Source: a virus
DNA length: 64,000 nucleotides
IMG/VR virus record: IMGVR_UViG_3300020187_000010
Direction: 5' to 3' (one strand)
Shown here: piece after piece, positions 35,617 to 44,959 of the stretch
Position numbering within the stretch: position 1 is the stretch's first letter
How the letters are laid out: every line of letters begins with the position of its first letter
The notes under the pieces: model-generated
The model's input: only the letters and a program-made list of their open reading frames with translations
Databases searched by the model: none
What the model was told of the DNA's origin: nothing
Made by a program: the position numbers and the translations under genes

Positions 35617-36758
35617 TAGAAACCTCCTTCAGATACGTCTTTGCGTACTAGTGCTTTCGTCTCTTGGAAACTCAAGGTCATGTCAACTTCCATGAAGTTA
35701 CCATCCTCGTGCATTGCCATTTGAGATGAGTTGAACGTTGTAGATACATCACGGAGATAACAGGGTTTGATCTTAGCAAGGCCTGGAATCTTTCTTCCGT
35801 CATATTCGAATTCTATATTAAACTTGTTGGGGAATTTATAACCCAGTGATATTGGATTAGGTGCGCCAATATCAGCGGTGATCTCATCAGGATATAATTC
35901 AGTTCGCAACAGTCTTATAATTTCATTGATCTCTCTTGCTTCACTTGCGGATCTTGCGATCATCTTAAACGCAAATGCAAACTCACGAATGTTTGGTTGT
36001 TTGAACAAAACCCGTGAATTGGGGTTGAGTGTAACACCACCTGCGAGTTTTGAAACTGCTTGTGCCTCTGCACCAAAAGAACCAAACTTAGATGCGAGTT
36101 GTACACCTGCAAGTTTCGCAAGATCTGTATTGTCGCCCGAAGTGAGATTACTTACAAATGAACCCAAACCTTTAACCATAGATGATGCGAACCCAAGACC
36201 CGCTTCCATAGTTGCGCCAGTAGCACCAAGATCGAAGTTCTCGTATGTTACATTGTCACGGAACGATAGTCCCATGGGGAGATATAAACTAATAGAACTA
36301 GTAGTTATGGGAATACTCTCTTTGGTAGAATTGGATTGTTTCTCAAGTCCTTCATATGATCTTATCTGTTCTATCAGTTCTTTTTCTTTCTGTAGAAGTT
36401 GTTGCTTTTCTAACTCTTCAGAACCAGTAAAGAAACTACCTTCAATTTCTTCATTCAATTCTTTAACTCTACCTTTAAGAGCTTCAAGATCACCTTTCAA
36501 CTTCTTTGTCTGTGCAGAAAATACATTGACATTACTTGTGCCGGTGGATTTGTCTTCATTCACACTGAAAATGACCCGTGCCTTGTAATCGGTATCGTCT
36601 ATTGGGTACCTGAGTTGTCTAACACTCCCTTCACCGCCCACAGTTTCTCCGACTGGTACTGCCGGTGGTTGTTGTTTTGCACCACCACCAGCGGCAAGTC
36701 TAATCTGTTCCGGAGTGAGTTTGTCTCCGACCTTTACGTCATATATATTATCAGGCAT
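35616..36758 (-). CDS. gp48: Baseplate tail-tube cap gp48
   Basis: LRYP, ISLYLP, NPN..VLF..P..REFAF.FKMIARS..EA, FPNKF.I, LSFQE. Confidence 0.8.
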   Translation of the reverse strand: MPDNIYDVKVGDKLTPEQIRLAAGGGAKQQPPAVPVGETVGGEGSVRQLRYPIDDTDYKARVIFSVNEDKSTGTSNVNVFSAQTKKLKGDLEALKGRVKELNEEIEGSFFTGSEELEKQQLLQKEKELIEQIRSYEGLEKQSNSTKESIPITTSSISLYLPMGLSFRDNVTYENFDLGATGATMEAGLGFASSMVKGLGSFVSNLTSGDNTDLAKLAGVQLASKFGSFGAEAQAVSKLAGGVTLNPNSRVLFKQPNIREFAFAFKMIARSASEAREINEIIRLLRTELYPDEITADIGAPNPISLGYKFPNKFNIEFEYDGRKIPGLAKIKPCYLRDVSTTFNSSQMAMHEDGNFMEVDMTLSFQETKALVRKDVSEGGF

Positions 36759-36802
36759 TTATCCGATCCATAAATAGGTTAAAATCTTTAAAACTTTAAA
36801 AC

Positions 36803-36810
36803 TATTTATA
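36803..36810 (-). promoter_or_regulatory. T4-type late promoter TATAAATA (gp48 operon); divergent CATAAATA at 36769-36776 on + for gp4
   Basis: Consensus in the divergent intergenic region. Confidence 0.65.
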
Positions 36811-37316
36811 TGAAAACTTACAAAGGAAAATACAAAATCCGGAATGAATCCAAGTATCTTGGTGATCCCAAGAATGTGGTGTATCGTTCGGGATGGGAAA
36901 AGGCTGTCATGATATGGTGTGACGACAATCCCAATGTGGTTGGTTGGGTAAGTGAAGAAGTTATTATACCATATATTTGCGAGACTGACAAGCGTCCCCA
37001 TCGTTATTTCATGGACTTTATGGTCAAGTACAAGGATGGACGCACTGTACTGATCGAAGTCAAACCGCATAAAGAGACAATCAAACCCAAGACCGGACAA
37101 GGAAGACCTCGAAGACAAGTACTTAGTGAAACATTGACATATATTAAAAACATAAGTAAGTGGACAGCGACCGAGAAGTATGTTGCGGATAGAGGTTGGC
37201 ACTTTGAAATATGGGACGAACATAAACTAAGGGCCATGGGAATTTTACCCAAACCATTAGGAAAGAAACCAATTAAACCATTGAAGAAAATGAAACCGTA
37301 TAAGAGAAAGAAGTGA
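36810..37316 (+). CDS. gp4: Head completion protein gp4 (TnsA-like nuclease fold)
   Basis: YKGKY...N..KY.GDP..VVYRSGWE, W.SEE..IPY, HRYFMDF, LIEVKP, N..KW. Confidence 0.92.
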   Translation: MKTYKGKYKIRNESKYLGDPKNVVYRSGWEKAVMIWCDDNPNVVGWVSEEVIIPYICETDKRPHRYFMDFMVKYKDGRTVLIEVKPHKETIKPKTGQGRPRRQVLSETLTYIKNISKWTATEKYVADRGWHFEIWDEHKLRAMGILPKPLGKKPIKPLKKMKPYKRKK

Positions 37317-37915
37317 TTAACAAGAAAGTATATTTTATAGGAATGAACAAGATTGCAACCACGTCATTCCACGAGTTATTTAAAGCATCAGGATACCGGT
37401 CATGGCATTATTCCTGCATGGACGAATTTACTGGGGAACCGTTGGTACTCGCACAACAGATGGGACAGAATGTTGATGAAAATAAATATGTGATGAAAAG
37501 TATTGATCATGCACAGGTCTATAGTGATTTGTTTTTCCATCGTGATTATGCGTGGGTAGATGGCGTCAAGTGGTTCGACAAACTCTACAATAATAATCCA
37601 AATGCTTATTTTATATTGCAGACTCGTGATATGGAAGACTGGTTGGACAGTAAACGTAGACACAAGGACGGTGATTATATGAGACGTTGTTGTGAATATC
37701 ATGACCTAGAGCCAGATGAGATGTTAGAATGGTTCCGCAATGATCGAGAAGAACATGAAGATAATGTTCGTTCTTTTTTTACAAACAAGAAGTATGCAAA
37801 TTTCCTTGAATGGAACCTCAATACCGACCACATATCGAAGTTGATCAATTTCGTCAAACCAGACTTTATACTCAAAGAAAAAGATTGGGGGCGTCATGGC
37901 AAACTATATAAATAA
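37313..37915 (+). CDS. Sulfotransferase family protein
   Basis: KVYFIGMNKIATTSFHELF PAPS-binding-like loop; FILQTRD.EDWLDS. Confidence 0.75.
   Translation: MINKKVYFIGMNKIATTSFHELFKASGYRSWHYSCMDEFTGEPLVLAQQMGQNVDENKYVMKSIDHAQVYSDLFFHRDYAWVDGVKWFDKLYNNNPNAYFILQTRDMEDWLDSKRRHKDGDYMRRCCEYHDLEPDEMLEWFRNDREEHEDNVRSFFTNKKYANFLEWNLNTDHISKLINFVKPDFILKEKDWGRHGKLYK
37907..37914 (+). promoter_or_regulatory. T4-type late promoter TATAAATA
   Basis: Exact consensus upstream of gp2. Confidence 0.7.
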
Positions 37916-37941
37916 AGACATGGATTTTAACAGGAAGACAC

Positions 37942-38526
37942 ATGTCTGACATATTCAATAGATTAGAACGACAGGCATTCCGTGCGGGTATTACACCTCG
38001 GACGAAGGAAAGTCGTGCGTGGTTTCTGAAGAAAGCACAGAATATGCGGGGTATCAATCGAGAGTCTTTGATGAAGGAAGAACCCATCAAGGCAAGATCT
38101 AAACAGATCATTGGTGGTATGTTCATGTTTACCTATGATCCTAAACATAAAGACAAACTACCATACTATGATGCATTTCCATTGGTGATTGTTCTTGGGC
38201 CTGCGAAGGGTGGATTCTTAGGATTGAATCTACACTATCTACCACCCAAGTTGAGGATGCAGTTCTTTGCGAACATCATGGATATCCAAGGTAGTAAGTT
38301 GAGTGAAGATGATAAGTTTTCTTTGACATATAGAATGTTAAAGAAATCTTCGAATCTGAGATACTTCAAACCATGTGTTAAACATTATTTGAATTCTCAG
38401 GTCACCAGTCGTTTTGCGGAAGTACCTGCACCAGAATGGGAGATTGCAATCTTTCTGCCAACCGCACAGTTCCGCAAACGAAACAGTTATAAGGTTCATT
38501 ACGATAGTAGGCAGATGATACGATGA
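37942..38526 (+). CDS. gp2: DNA end protector protein gp2
   Basis: MFMFTYDPKHKDKLPYYDAFPLV, GFLGLNLHYLP, KPCVKHYL, LPTAQF. Confidence 0.92.
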   Translation: MSDIFNRLERQAFRAGITPRTKESRAWFLKKAQNMRGINRESLMKEEPIKARSKQIIGGMFMFTYDPKHKDKLPYYDAFPLVIVLGPAKGGFLGLNLHYLPPKLRMQFFANIMDIQGSKLSEDDKFSLTYRMLKKSSNLRYFKPCVKHYLNSQVTSRFAEVPAPEWEIAIFLPTAQFRKRNSYKVHYDSRQMIR

Positions 38527-39251
38527 GTGCAGGATTTTCAATCGAAGACCTAAAGGGTCAAATAGGTGGTTCAGGTGGACTTGCGAAAGCAAACCAGTTC
38601 ATGGTTCAACTACCCCAACTAGAGAATTTCAGAGTAGATGCGAGAGAGTTGAATTTATTCTGTACGGTCGCTGCATTACCTGGCCGACAGATCATGAGTT
38701 TAGATCATGCGATTGGTACAACCAACCGAAAGATTGCGAATGGATATGCAACAACAGATCTGACATTGACTTTTCTGGTTGCGAACAATCACATCATTCG
38801 TCAGTACTTCGAAGCGTGGCAGAATGAAGCACACGATCAGGTAAATCGAACTGTGGGTTATTTCGAAGACTACACTAAAACAGTTCAGATTTCTACTATG
38901 GAAAGAGGTCTTAGATTAAGTATTGTTAAGAAACAATTAGGATTTGTAGATAAGGTACCGAGTTTCTTAAAGAATCGATTACCAAAGATAGGCCCTTTTG
39001 ATCTTTCTCAAGGAGAACTTGATCTTGGTGGTTCCTTTTCTATGAAGACTACATATACATGTAACCTGTTGGAATGTTATCCAACATCATTGACTGATCA
39101 AACATTGGGTAATGGTGAAGAAGGTGTTATGGAATTGAGTGTACAATTGTCGTATACTGATTGGGAAAGTGTGGTCGGTGACTACACTAAAGAAGGTGAA
39201 GATATTGCACGTGGTGCGGTAAGCGGAGTCTTTGCAAAATTATTTGGTTAA
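38523..39251 (+). CDS. Tail tube initiator/tube-like protein (gp54/gp19 family)
   Basis: GGLAKANQF.V, C..A.LPGR, LTLTF, YFEAWQ, ECYPTSL, VQLSY. Confidence 0.75.
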   Translation: MSAGFSIEDLKGQIGGSGGLAKANQFMVQLPQLENFRVDARELNLFCTVAALPGRQIMSLDHAIGTTNRKIANGYATTDLTLTFLVANNHIIRQYFEAWQNEAHDQVNRTVGYFEDYTKTVQISTMERGLRLSIVKKQLGFVDKVPSFLKNRLPKIGPFDLSQGELDLGGSFSMKTTYTCNLLECYPTSLTDQTLGNGEEGVMELSVQLSYTDWESVVGDYTKEGEDIARGAVSGVFAKLFG

Positions 39252-39266
39252 TTATTGGAGAATATA

Positions 39267-39974
39267 ATGGCATTACCTAAGTTAAACTCGACACCACAAT
39301 ATAGTTGTGTTATCCCTTCAACCAAAGAGACGATTAAATATCGTCCCTATTTGGTGAAAGAAGAAAAGATTCTAATGATCGCATTCGAGACCGGAGATCA
39401 GAAGGCTGCATTAAATGCAATCATCAATACTCTCCAAGCCTGTATCGAAGGTGAAGTTGGAGTAGCAGACTTAACAACATTTGATGTTGAGTATTTGTTC
39501 ACCCAAGTCAGATCAAGATCTGTTGGTGAGAATGCGAAGATTTTAGTCCCATGTGGTTCGTGTGGACATAAGAATGAAATTGATATTGAGTTATCAAACA
39601 TCGAGATCGTGTATCCCGAGAACTTTAATTCCCGAATCGAGATCACAGATCAGGTTGCGGTAGAGATGAAGTATCCTTCATATTCAGATGTACTGTCTAT
39701 GAATTTCGAGAGTGATCAGACCGAGATGGGTATGCAGATTCTTGCTCAATCCATCGATGCGATCTTGACCGAAGACGAAAGAATTTCCACGAAGGATGTG
39801 GGTAACAAAGAAGTGATGGACTTCATTGAGTCTATGACATCTGACCAATTTAAAAAGATGTCTGATTTCTTAGAGTCGATACCTTCATTGAAGAAAGAGA
39901 TTAAACAACCTTGTTTGGATTGTGGAGAAACAATCGAACGAACATTGCAAGGGATTAGCGATTTTTTATCATAA
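39267..39974 (+). CDS. gp26: Baseplate hub assembly protein gp26
   Basis: MALPKL..P.Y...IPST...IKYRPYLVKEEKIL, FDVEYLF.QVRSRSVGE, two CxxC. Confidence 0.9.
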   Translation: MALPKLNSTPQYSCVIPSTKETIKYRPYLVKEEKILMIAFETGDQKAALNAIINTLQACIEGEVGVADLTTFDVEYLFTQVRSRSVGENAKILVPCGSCGHKNEIDIELSNIEIVYPENFNSRIEITDQVAVEMKYPSYSDVLSMNFESDQTEMGMQILAQSIDAILTEDERISTKDVGNKEVMDFIESMTSDQFKKMSDFLESIPSLKKEIKQPCLDCGETIERTLQGISDFLS

Positions 39975-40162
39975 ACCTTTCTCACGATAATTTGGTCAAT
40001 CATTATAAGACCAACTTTTCGTTGATGCAACATCATCATTATAGTCTAGGTGAGTTAGATATGATGATGCCGTGGGAAAGGGAGATTTACGTTAGTATGT
40101 TAATTGATTATGTGAAGGAAGAAAACGACCGTATAAAACAAGAACAACAAAGAAATGGATAA
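39959..40162 (+). CDS. gp51: gp51-like baseplate hub assembly protein (not in ORF track; first ATG at 40025; probably reached by -1 frameshift from gp26)
   Basis: -1 frame reads INLSHDNLVNHYKTNFSLMQHHHYSLGELDMMMPWEREIYVSMLIDYVKEEN. Confidence 0.8.
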   Translation, partial: RFFIINLSHDNLVNHYKTNFSLMQHHHYSLGELDMMMPWEREIYVSMLIDYVKEENDRIKQEQQRNG

Positions 40163-40168
40163 ACCAAA

Positions 40169-42346
40169 ATGGCAGAACAGAACTTAGGTAACGCGATAGA
40201 ACTCCTTAGAACGGAGAACGCAAAGCAATCCGCAGACCAAGTACAGTCTACAGATCAGATCAATAAGAACATTGAAAAGTTCCTAAAGGGTCTGGCTGCC
40301 ATGGCGGGTGACAAAGAAGAAGAGAGACGCGACAAGAAGAAAGATAAACCAGAAGGCGCTGTAGGGTTTAAGAAATCTGATATCACCGGTGGTTTCGGAT
40401 TGGCTGGAATGGTCGGTGGTATTCTTGCAGCAGTTACAGGATTTGCGGTAGGTGTAGTAGATGCCTTCAAACGACTCCTGAGTAACTTGATTCCTAAGTC
40501 TATCAAGAATGCATTTAAGAATTTGAGTAATGCATTTAAGGCAGGAACGAATGGTGTTAAGGGTCTGTCTAAAGCTGCGAATGGCGCTTTCCGATCACTC
40601 AACACTATAGAAAAGGGTATTCGTGCATTAGGTGTTGGATTCCAGTTTGCAGTCGATAAGTTAAAATCTGCGGGTAAATTAATCCAAGGCGGTTTCCTCA
40701 AAACAGTTAATGGGATTAAGAGTGCTATACTTTTCCTCGCCAAACCTTTCATTGCAATCAACAAGGCATTTAGTGGGGCACAAGGTGGTATTGGTTTCCT
40801 TTCAAAAGCAAGTGCAACCATAGGAGAATTCTTTAAGGGTATTGGAACCAAGATTAAAGGTTTCACTGACCTGTTCGGTAAGTCAGGATTCCTCGGTAAA
40901 ATCTTTAATGTGTTCCGAGCACTAGGAACCAAGATTCCTGTTATCGGTCAGATCATCGCTGGTGTGATGGCAATCTTCGATGGTTTCGGTGACGCGGCCA
41001 AAGAGGTTGGTGGTTTCGGTAGTAAAATAATCAGATTCCTTACTTCTGGAATAGGTACATTCTTTGGTGTAGTGATTGGTGGTATCGGAGATCTTGTCAA
41101 GTGGGCTGTGAGTAAACTTGCGGGTTTATTTGGTCTTGATAAAGTAAGTGCATTTCTAGACTCGTTTTCATTCGAAGAAATAATCATTGATATGTTCGAT
41201 AGTCTTGGTACTATGTTGATTGATGCTAAAGACTTTGTAGTTGGTGCCTTTACCGGTGGGTTCGACAATTTCATGTCTAAATTACCAACTATGATTAAAA
41301 CTGTTCTTGACTATACAATATTTGCGATACCCACTCTTTTGTCCAAAGCTGCACAATTTATTGGTGATGCGCTTGGTTTTGATATGAGTATGTTAGATGG
41401 TTTCAGTCCAACACAATATTTAATAGATATGATGGCATCTGTCACAAAAGTTGTTTCAGATTCATTTAACTGGATCGTTGATAAAGTTACCAACTTTGAT
41501 TTTGGTGCAGCACTAGGTGCAGCACTTGATTGGGGTCATGAGATGATGATGAAATTAAAAGGCATCATCGCAGGTATTTTACCAGACGCAGATTCATGGG
41601 CAGGTAAACTGATTCCAGATGCGGTCTATGATTATGTGAATGAAGCTCCACCTAAACCAGTAGAGAAAGCAAAGGAAGAACCAGTCGCACAAATGGATTT
41701 GGGTGAAGATGCGCCTGGCGCATTGACTCAAAAAGACGTTATCGGTATTAGTGCAGAAGAACAAGCATCCAACGTTGTATCACTCGAAGCTGCACGTGCC
41801 GGAGATACTTCAGTTGGTGATGACCTAGACTCGATATCTGTCACTCCCAAGGAGATGAATGAGGTAACTAAACAGTTCATCAAAGATATGGAAGATCCCC
41901 AATGGATGGCTGAGGCAGCGGAAAAACGCAAGAAGCGTGAAGAAGACTTCGCAAAAATGGAAGAGGGATCTAAGAAGGCACGACTATCCAGAGAAGAAAA
42001 ACTTGCTGTCATGAAAGAAAAACGTGATGCAAGGATGTTGGAAAGAGAAAACAAATACCGCGCAATGAAAGAGTCCGGTATGAAGGACGGCGAGAAACTT
42101 TCAGCCGACCAATTAGGACAGGTTGATCGTAGTCTCGAAAGAATTGAAGCAATCAAAAAGTATCGTGGTGTGGATGTTGATAATATGTCTAGAGAGAATG
42201 CACGTTCTAGTGGTGGAAACGCAGTCACAGTAGTTGCACCATCTTCACAGAACGTGACAAACAATACCAATCAAAGTACTGCTGCGATTATGTCACAGAA
42301 TCAACCGACAGTTGATCAGAACGATAGGACTTATGCTGTAGCATAA
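40169..42346 (+). CDS. Tape-measure/baseplate hub protein (gp29-like)
   Basis: 725 aa with long Gly/Ala/Phe/Lys amphipathic helical stretches; follows gp26/gp51; C-terminal VVAP..N.TNN motif. Confidence 0.65.
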   Translation: MAEQNLGNAIELLRTENAKQSADQVQSTDQINKNIEKFLKGLAAMAGDKEEERRDKKKDKPEGAVGFKKSDITGGFGLAGMVGGILAAVTGFAVGVVDAFKRLLSNLIPKSIKNAFKNLSNAFKAGTNGVKGLSKAANGAFRSLNTIEKGIRALGVGFQFAVDKLKSAGKLIQGGFLKTVNGIKSAILFLAKPFIAINKAFSGAQGGIGFLSKASATIGEFFKGIGTKIKGFTDLFGKSGFLGKIFNVFRALGTKIPVIGQIIAGVMAIFDGFGDAAKEVGGFGSKIIRFLTSGIGTFFGVVIGGIGDLVKWAVSKLAGLFGLDKVSAFLDSFSFEEIIIDMFDSLGTMLIDAKDFVVGAFTGGFDNFMSKLPTMIKTVLDYTIFAIPTLLSKAAQFIGDALGFDMSMLDGFSPTQYLIDMMASVTKVVSDSFNWIVDKVTNFDFGAALGAALDWGHEMMMKLKGIIAGILPDADSWAGKLIPDAVYDYVNEAPPKPVEKAKEEPVAQMDLGEDAPGALTQKDVIGISAEEQASNVVSLEAARAGDTSVGDDLDSISVTPKEMNEVTKQFIKDMEDPQWMAEAAEKRKKREEDFAKMEEGSKKARLSREEKLAVMKEKRDARMLERENKYRAMKESGMKDGEKLSADQLGQVDRSLERIEAIKKYRGVDVDNMSRENARSSGGNAVTVVAPSSQNVTNNTNQSTAAIMSQNQPTVDQNDRTYAVA

Positions 42347-42370
42347 AAAAAGGGGGACTTGCGTCCCCCC
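42344..42370 (-). terminator. Rho-independent terminator of gp32 (GGGGGAC-GCAA-GTCCCCC + T-run)
   Basis: GC stem, GNRA loop and T7 on the minus strand, between convergent genes. Confidence 0.85.
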
Positions 42371-42376
42371 GTGTTA

Positions 42377-43297
42377 CTAGTCTTCTTGTGCCATCTGCGC
42401 AAAGTAAGATAGTGTGTCATCTTCCTCCGCGACAGCACCTACCGTTGGTGCAGGAGCAGAAACAATCTCAGGTTGTGGTGCAGAACGTCCAACGTTCGCT
42501 TCCGCAGTCTGAGTTAATGCTTCATTACGGATGGTGGTGTTAGCACCTACCGCAGTACCCAATACCAATTCCAGACGTGACTCTAATTCCTGATAGGTTT
42601 TAAAGTTAGCAGGATCTACGAACTCACCCAAGTCATACTGTTGATTATAAGTGGCTTCGAGTTTAGTCTCGTCCGACTCATACAATGCAGAAGTGGACTT
42701 GAACTCCGACTTATCATAGTTACGGTAACCCGCAACATTACGAATCTTCAGTTCGAAGTCAGCACCATTCCAAAAATCAAATGGGTTGATAGGAGTTTCG
42801 CCAGGGAATTGTGGTTGCATCAGATCCATGATTTTGTCAAAGATCTTCTTACCAAACTCATAGTAAAATACTTTACCATTGTTCGATGGGTTTGCAGGAT
42901 CGTTTACCACAAGTATATTAGACACGTAGTGAAGACGGCGCTTCTGTTTACGTGCAGTTTCTTTGTCATCTTCGATACCCGAGTTCCACAGACGTGAATT
43001 CAGTTCGGATACAGGATCCTTCTGACCGATGGTAGTCAACGATTTCTCGATGTACCATTGACCTTGAGGGCCTTTGAATCCGTGATCCCAATATCGTACC
43101 CAAGGCATATCTTGACCTTCCATTGCAGGAAGGAAACGGACTACTGCGTAACCATTGCCGTTATCATCAACGGTTGGTTTCCACTTACGTTCGTCATCGT
43201 ACTTATTGGTTTTGGTGTTAGTACCAGATGCTTCTTGAGCGGCAGATACTAATTTAGAAATGTCGGTAGAACGACTTTTTAGGTTTGCAAAAGACAT
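42377..43297 (-). CDS. gp32: Single-stranded DNA-binding protein gp32
   Basis: DERKWKP..D..GNGYAVVRFLP, WYIEKSLTTIG..DPV, GKKIFDKI, PFDFW.GADF.LKIR.V.GYRNYDKSEF, acidic tail. Confidence 0.95.
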   Translation of the reverse strand: MSFANLKSRSTDISKLVSAAQEASGTNTKTNKYDDERKWKPTVDDNGNGYAVVRFLPAMEGQDMPWVRYWDHGFKGPQGQWYIEKSLTTIGQKDPVSELNSRLWNSGIEDDKETARKQKRRLHYVSNILVVNDPANPSNNGKVFYYEFGKKIFDKIMDLMQPQFPGETPINPFDFWNGADFELKIRNVAGYRNYDKSEFKSTSALYESDETKLEATYNQQYDLGEFVDPANFKTYQELESRLELVLGTAVGANTTIRNEALTQTAEANVGRSAPQPEIVSAPAPTVGAVAEEDDTLSYFAQMAQED

Positions 43298-43386
43298 ATG
43301 TTTTCTCCAGTATGTTCAGCGTTTTCAGTTTATTTACAGTTTTTTTACACAGCGTATTTTCAAATGTTTCTTGATTGTACCATAGT

Positions 43387-43415
43387 ATTCTAACCTATTT
43401 ATACACATAAGTCAA
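43387..43415 (-). promoter_or_regulatory. Dual promoter for gp32: sigma70-type TTGACT-N17-TAGAAT with an embedded late TATAAATA (43396-43403)
   Basis: Both consensus elements read directly. Confidence 0.65.
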
Positions 43416-43423
43416 GTGTTATT

Positions 43424-43696
43424 TTAAACATCCAGAGAATTAGTTTTCTCTAGGAAGTTCAAATTCATCGCCTCGGTTTCAAGACAATCTATAATTGAAG
43501 GCGTCAAGTACTTCTTAACATCTTCAACTTCCATGTTATTCTTCTCGCACATATGAACAATAGAGTCCATATAGTTAAGTCCGGAACTACGTACCGTCCT
43601 CTCCACCATCTTCGAGAACCTCTTCTTGTTCATGAAGTTTTCGCTTGTGTTCGTCTCTTCGGTACTCAGATTCGGTACCGTAAATTCTATCGTCAT
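43424..43696 (-). CDS. gp33: Late promoter transcription co-activator gp33
   Basis: FSKMVE..V....NYMDSIVHMCEKNNMEVEDV.KYLT..I...LETEAMNLNFL; upstream of gp32; true start may be MNKKRF. Confidence 0.85.
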   Translation of the reverse strand: MTIEFTVPNLSTEETNTSENFMNKKRFSKMVERTVRSSGLNYMDSIVHMCEKNNMEVEDVKKYLTPSIIDCLETEAMNLNFLEKTNSLDV

Positions 43697-44150
43697 TCTC
43701 TTTCATCTCCTCGGTGTATTCACCGATATCTTTATAAAACCATCCCACAACTCTCTTGGGACGACCACTAGGAAAGTATGCAATAGCATGAACGACAGTA
43801 CCCATCTTACCTTCTCGATGTCTTCCATAACGTGCATCTAACCAGATACTAGAGTCGAGATACCTTTTCAGGTTTCCGAGATATACCTCTAGTGTCTGAT
43901 ACTCATGTCTTTCCTTAGAATCCTTCGATAGTCGTTGTGCCTTCTTGGATCGAAGTTCCACACCTATCTCTTTGACCCACTCGCGAACCTTTCTCCAATG
44001 TATCGGACTATCATCATCCATATCCAATAACAAAGGATGTACAGATTTTGAACCATCATGACCACGAGCCTCTCGTGCTTTTGCGAGTCTTTCACTCGCA
44101 GCGGCACGTTGGGCATCAGACATTGGTTTACGTTTGCGTTTTACTACCAT
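43587..44150 (-). CDS. Hypothetical protein
   Basis: 187-aa ORF; KRKPMSDAQRAAASERLAKAR N-terminus seen in T4-like phages. Confidence 0.7.
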   Translation of the reverse strand: MVVKRKRKPMSDAQRAAASERLAKAREARGHDGSKSVHPLLLDMDDDSPIHWRKVREWVKEIGVELRSKKAQRLSKDSKERHEYQTLEVYLGNLKRYLDSSIWLDARYGRHREGKMGTVVHAIAYFPSGRPKRVVGWFYKDIGEYTEEMKENDDRIYGTESEYRRDEHKRKLHEQEEVLEDGGEDGT

Positions 44151-44482
44151 GCTTCACACCGATATTCTACAAGGTTTTCAGTACGGAAAGATCTCCAGTC
44201 ATTCACTTCGGTATCGAATAGAACAACTAGTTCTTCATTACTCTTGCGTTCCTTACCTTCTTCGGGTACCTTGTCTAACGGAATATGTTCGGAACTCAAA
44301 GTACCAATCATATTACGAAGATCACCATTCACCTTCTTGAACTGTAGGTGCACGATACCCTCTTTCAAAGCATCAACTATTCCTTGCTTCTTCAATTCGA
44401 GCGACTGCTTCTTCATCATCTCCGGTGTTAGTTCGTTCACTGCTTGTTCCATTATCATCTCCTGACCCTGAGGCCTCTTCAT
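44144..44482 (-). CDS. SH3/WYL-like protein (DUF2693-like)
   Basis: LKEGIVHLQFKKVNGDLRNMIGTL...VLFDTEVNDWRSFR; start uncertain. Confidence 0.7.
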   Translation of the reverse strand: MKRPQGQEMIMEQAVNELTPEMMKKQSLELKKQGIVDALKEGIVHLQFKKVNGDLRNMIGTLSSEHIPLDKVPEEGKERKSNEELVVLFDTEVNDWRSFRTENLVEYRCEAW

Positions 44483-44693
44483 GTAGTTGTTTTACCCAAT
44501 CATCACCTTCATCAAAGTAAACGATTAATCGTTCGTTTGCAATGATAAGATCTTCGATGTTTTTTAACTCACTTTCATCAGCACCATCTTTAATACGTTC
44601 TTGGACGTAAATGATGTTATTGACATAAGTGTCTTTCAGAATACGTTTAGTTACTTCTACGTCTTCTTTGAACTGCTTTTCCGTGTAGGACAT
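44373..44693 (-). CDS. Hypothetical protein
   Basis: 106-aa ORF with AGGAG SD. Confidence 0.6.
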   Translation of the reverse strand: MSYTEKQFKEDVEVTKRILKDTYVNNIIYVQERIKDGADESELKNIEDLIIANERLIVYFDEGDDWVKQLHEEASGSGDDNGTSSERTNTGDDEEAVARIEEARNS

Positions 44694-44809
44694 AACGGGT
44701 CTTCTCCTTCAATTTTATTAATTTCTTGTTCATGCAGAACTTGCATTCTTCGTGATCTTCTTTGACTCTGTAATCTTTGTTGCGCAGATCTGAGTTTAAG
44801 ATATCTCAT
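44657..44809 (-). CDS. Small basic hypothetical protein (50 aa)
   Basis: Manual translation MRYLKLRSAQQRLQSQRRSRRMQ...; directly below a consensus promoter. Confidence 0.35.
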   Translation of the reverse strand: MRYLKLRSAQQRLQSQRRSRRMQVLHEQEINKIEGEDPLCPTRKSSSKKT

Positions 44810-44819
44810 TTGTTTAGAC

Positions 44820-44848
44820 ATTATATATCATTTCCTTACCACTGTCAA
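44820..44848 (-). promoter_or_regulatory. Perfect sigma70 promoter TTGACA-N17-TATAAT
   Basis: Exact consensus and spacing. Confidence 0.8.
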
Positions 44849-44959
44849 GTTAAATTTACCACTTTTTTACATTCATTCAGTCTACGAATACTCGACATCA
44901 CTCCATATAGGTCATCCTCATTGTCTACACTAAACGCCAACCAAAATATTAACATCACT

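Noticed and set aside
36810-37316. TnsA-like nuclease as evidence of a transposon or homing endonuclease
   Set aside because: Motifs and position between gp48 and gp2 identify it as the core head-completion protein gp4.
43587-44482. Two gene overlaps of identical 110-nt length (43587-43696 and 44373-44482)
   Set aside because: Both depend on the longest-ORF start choice; plausible downstream ATGs shorten them differently, so the equality is probably coincidental.
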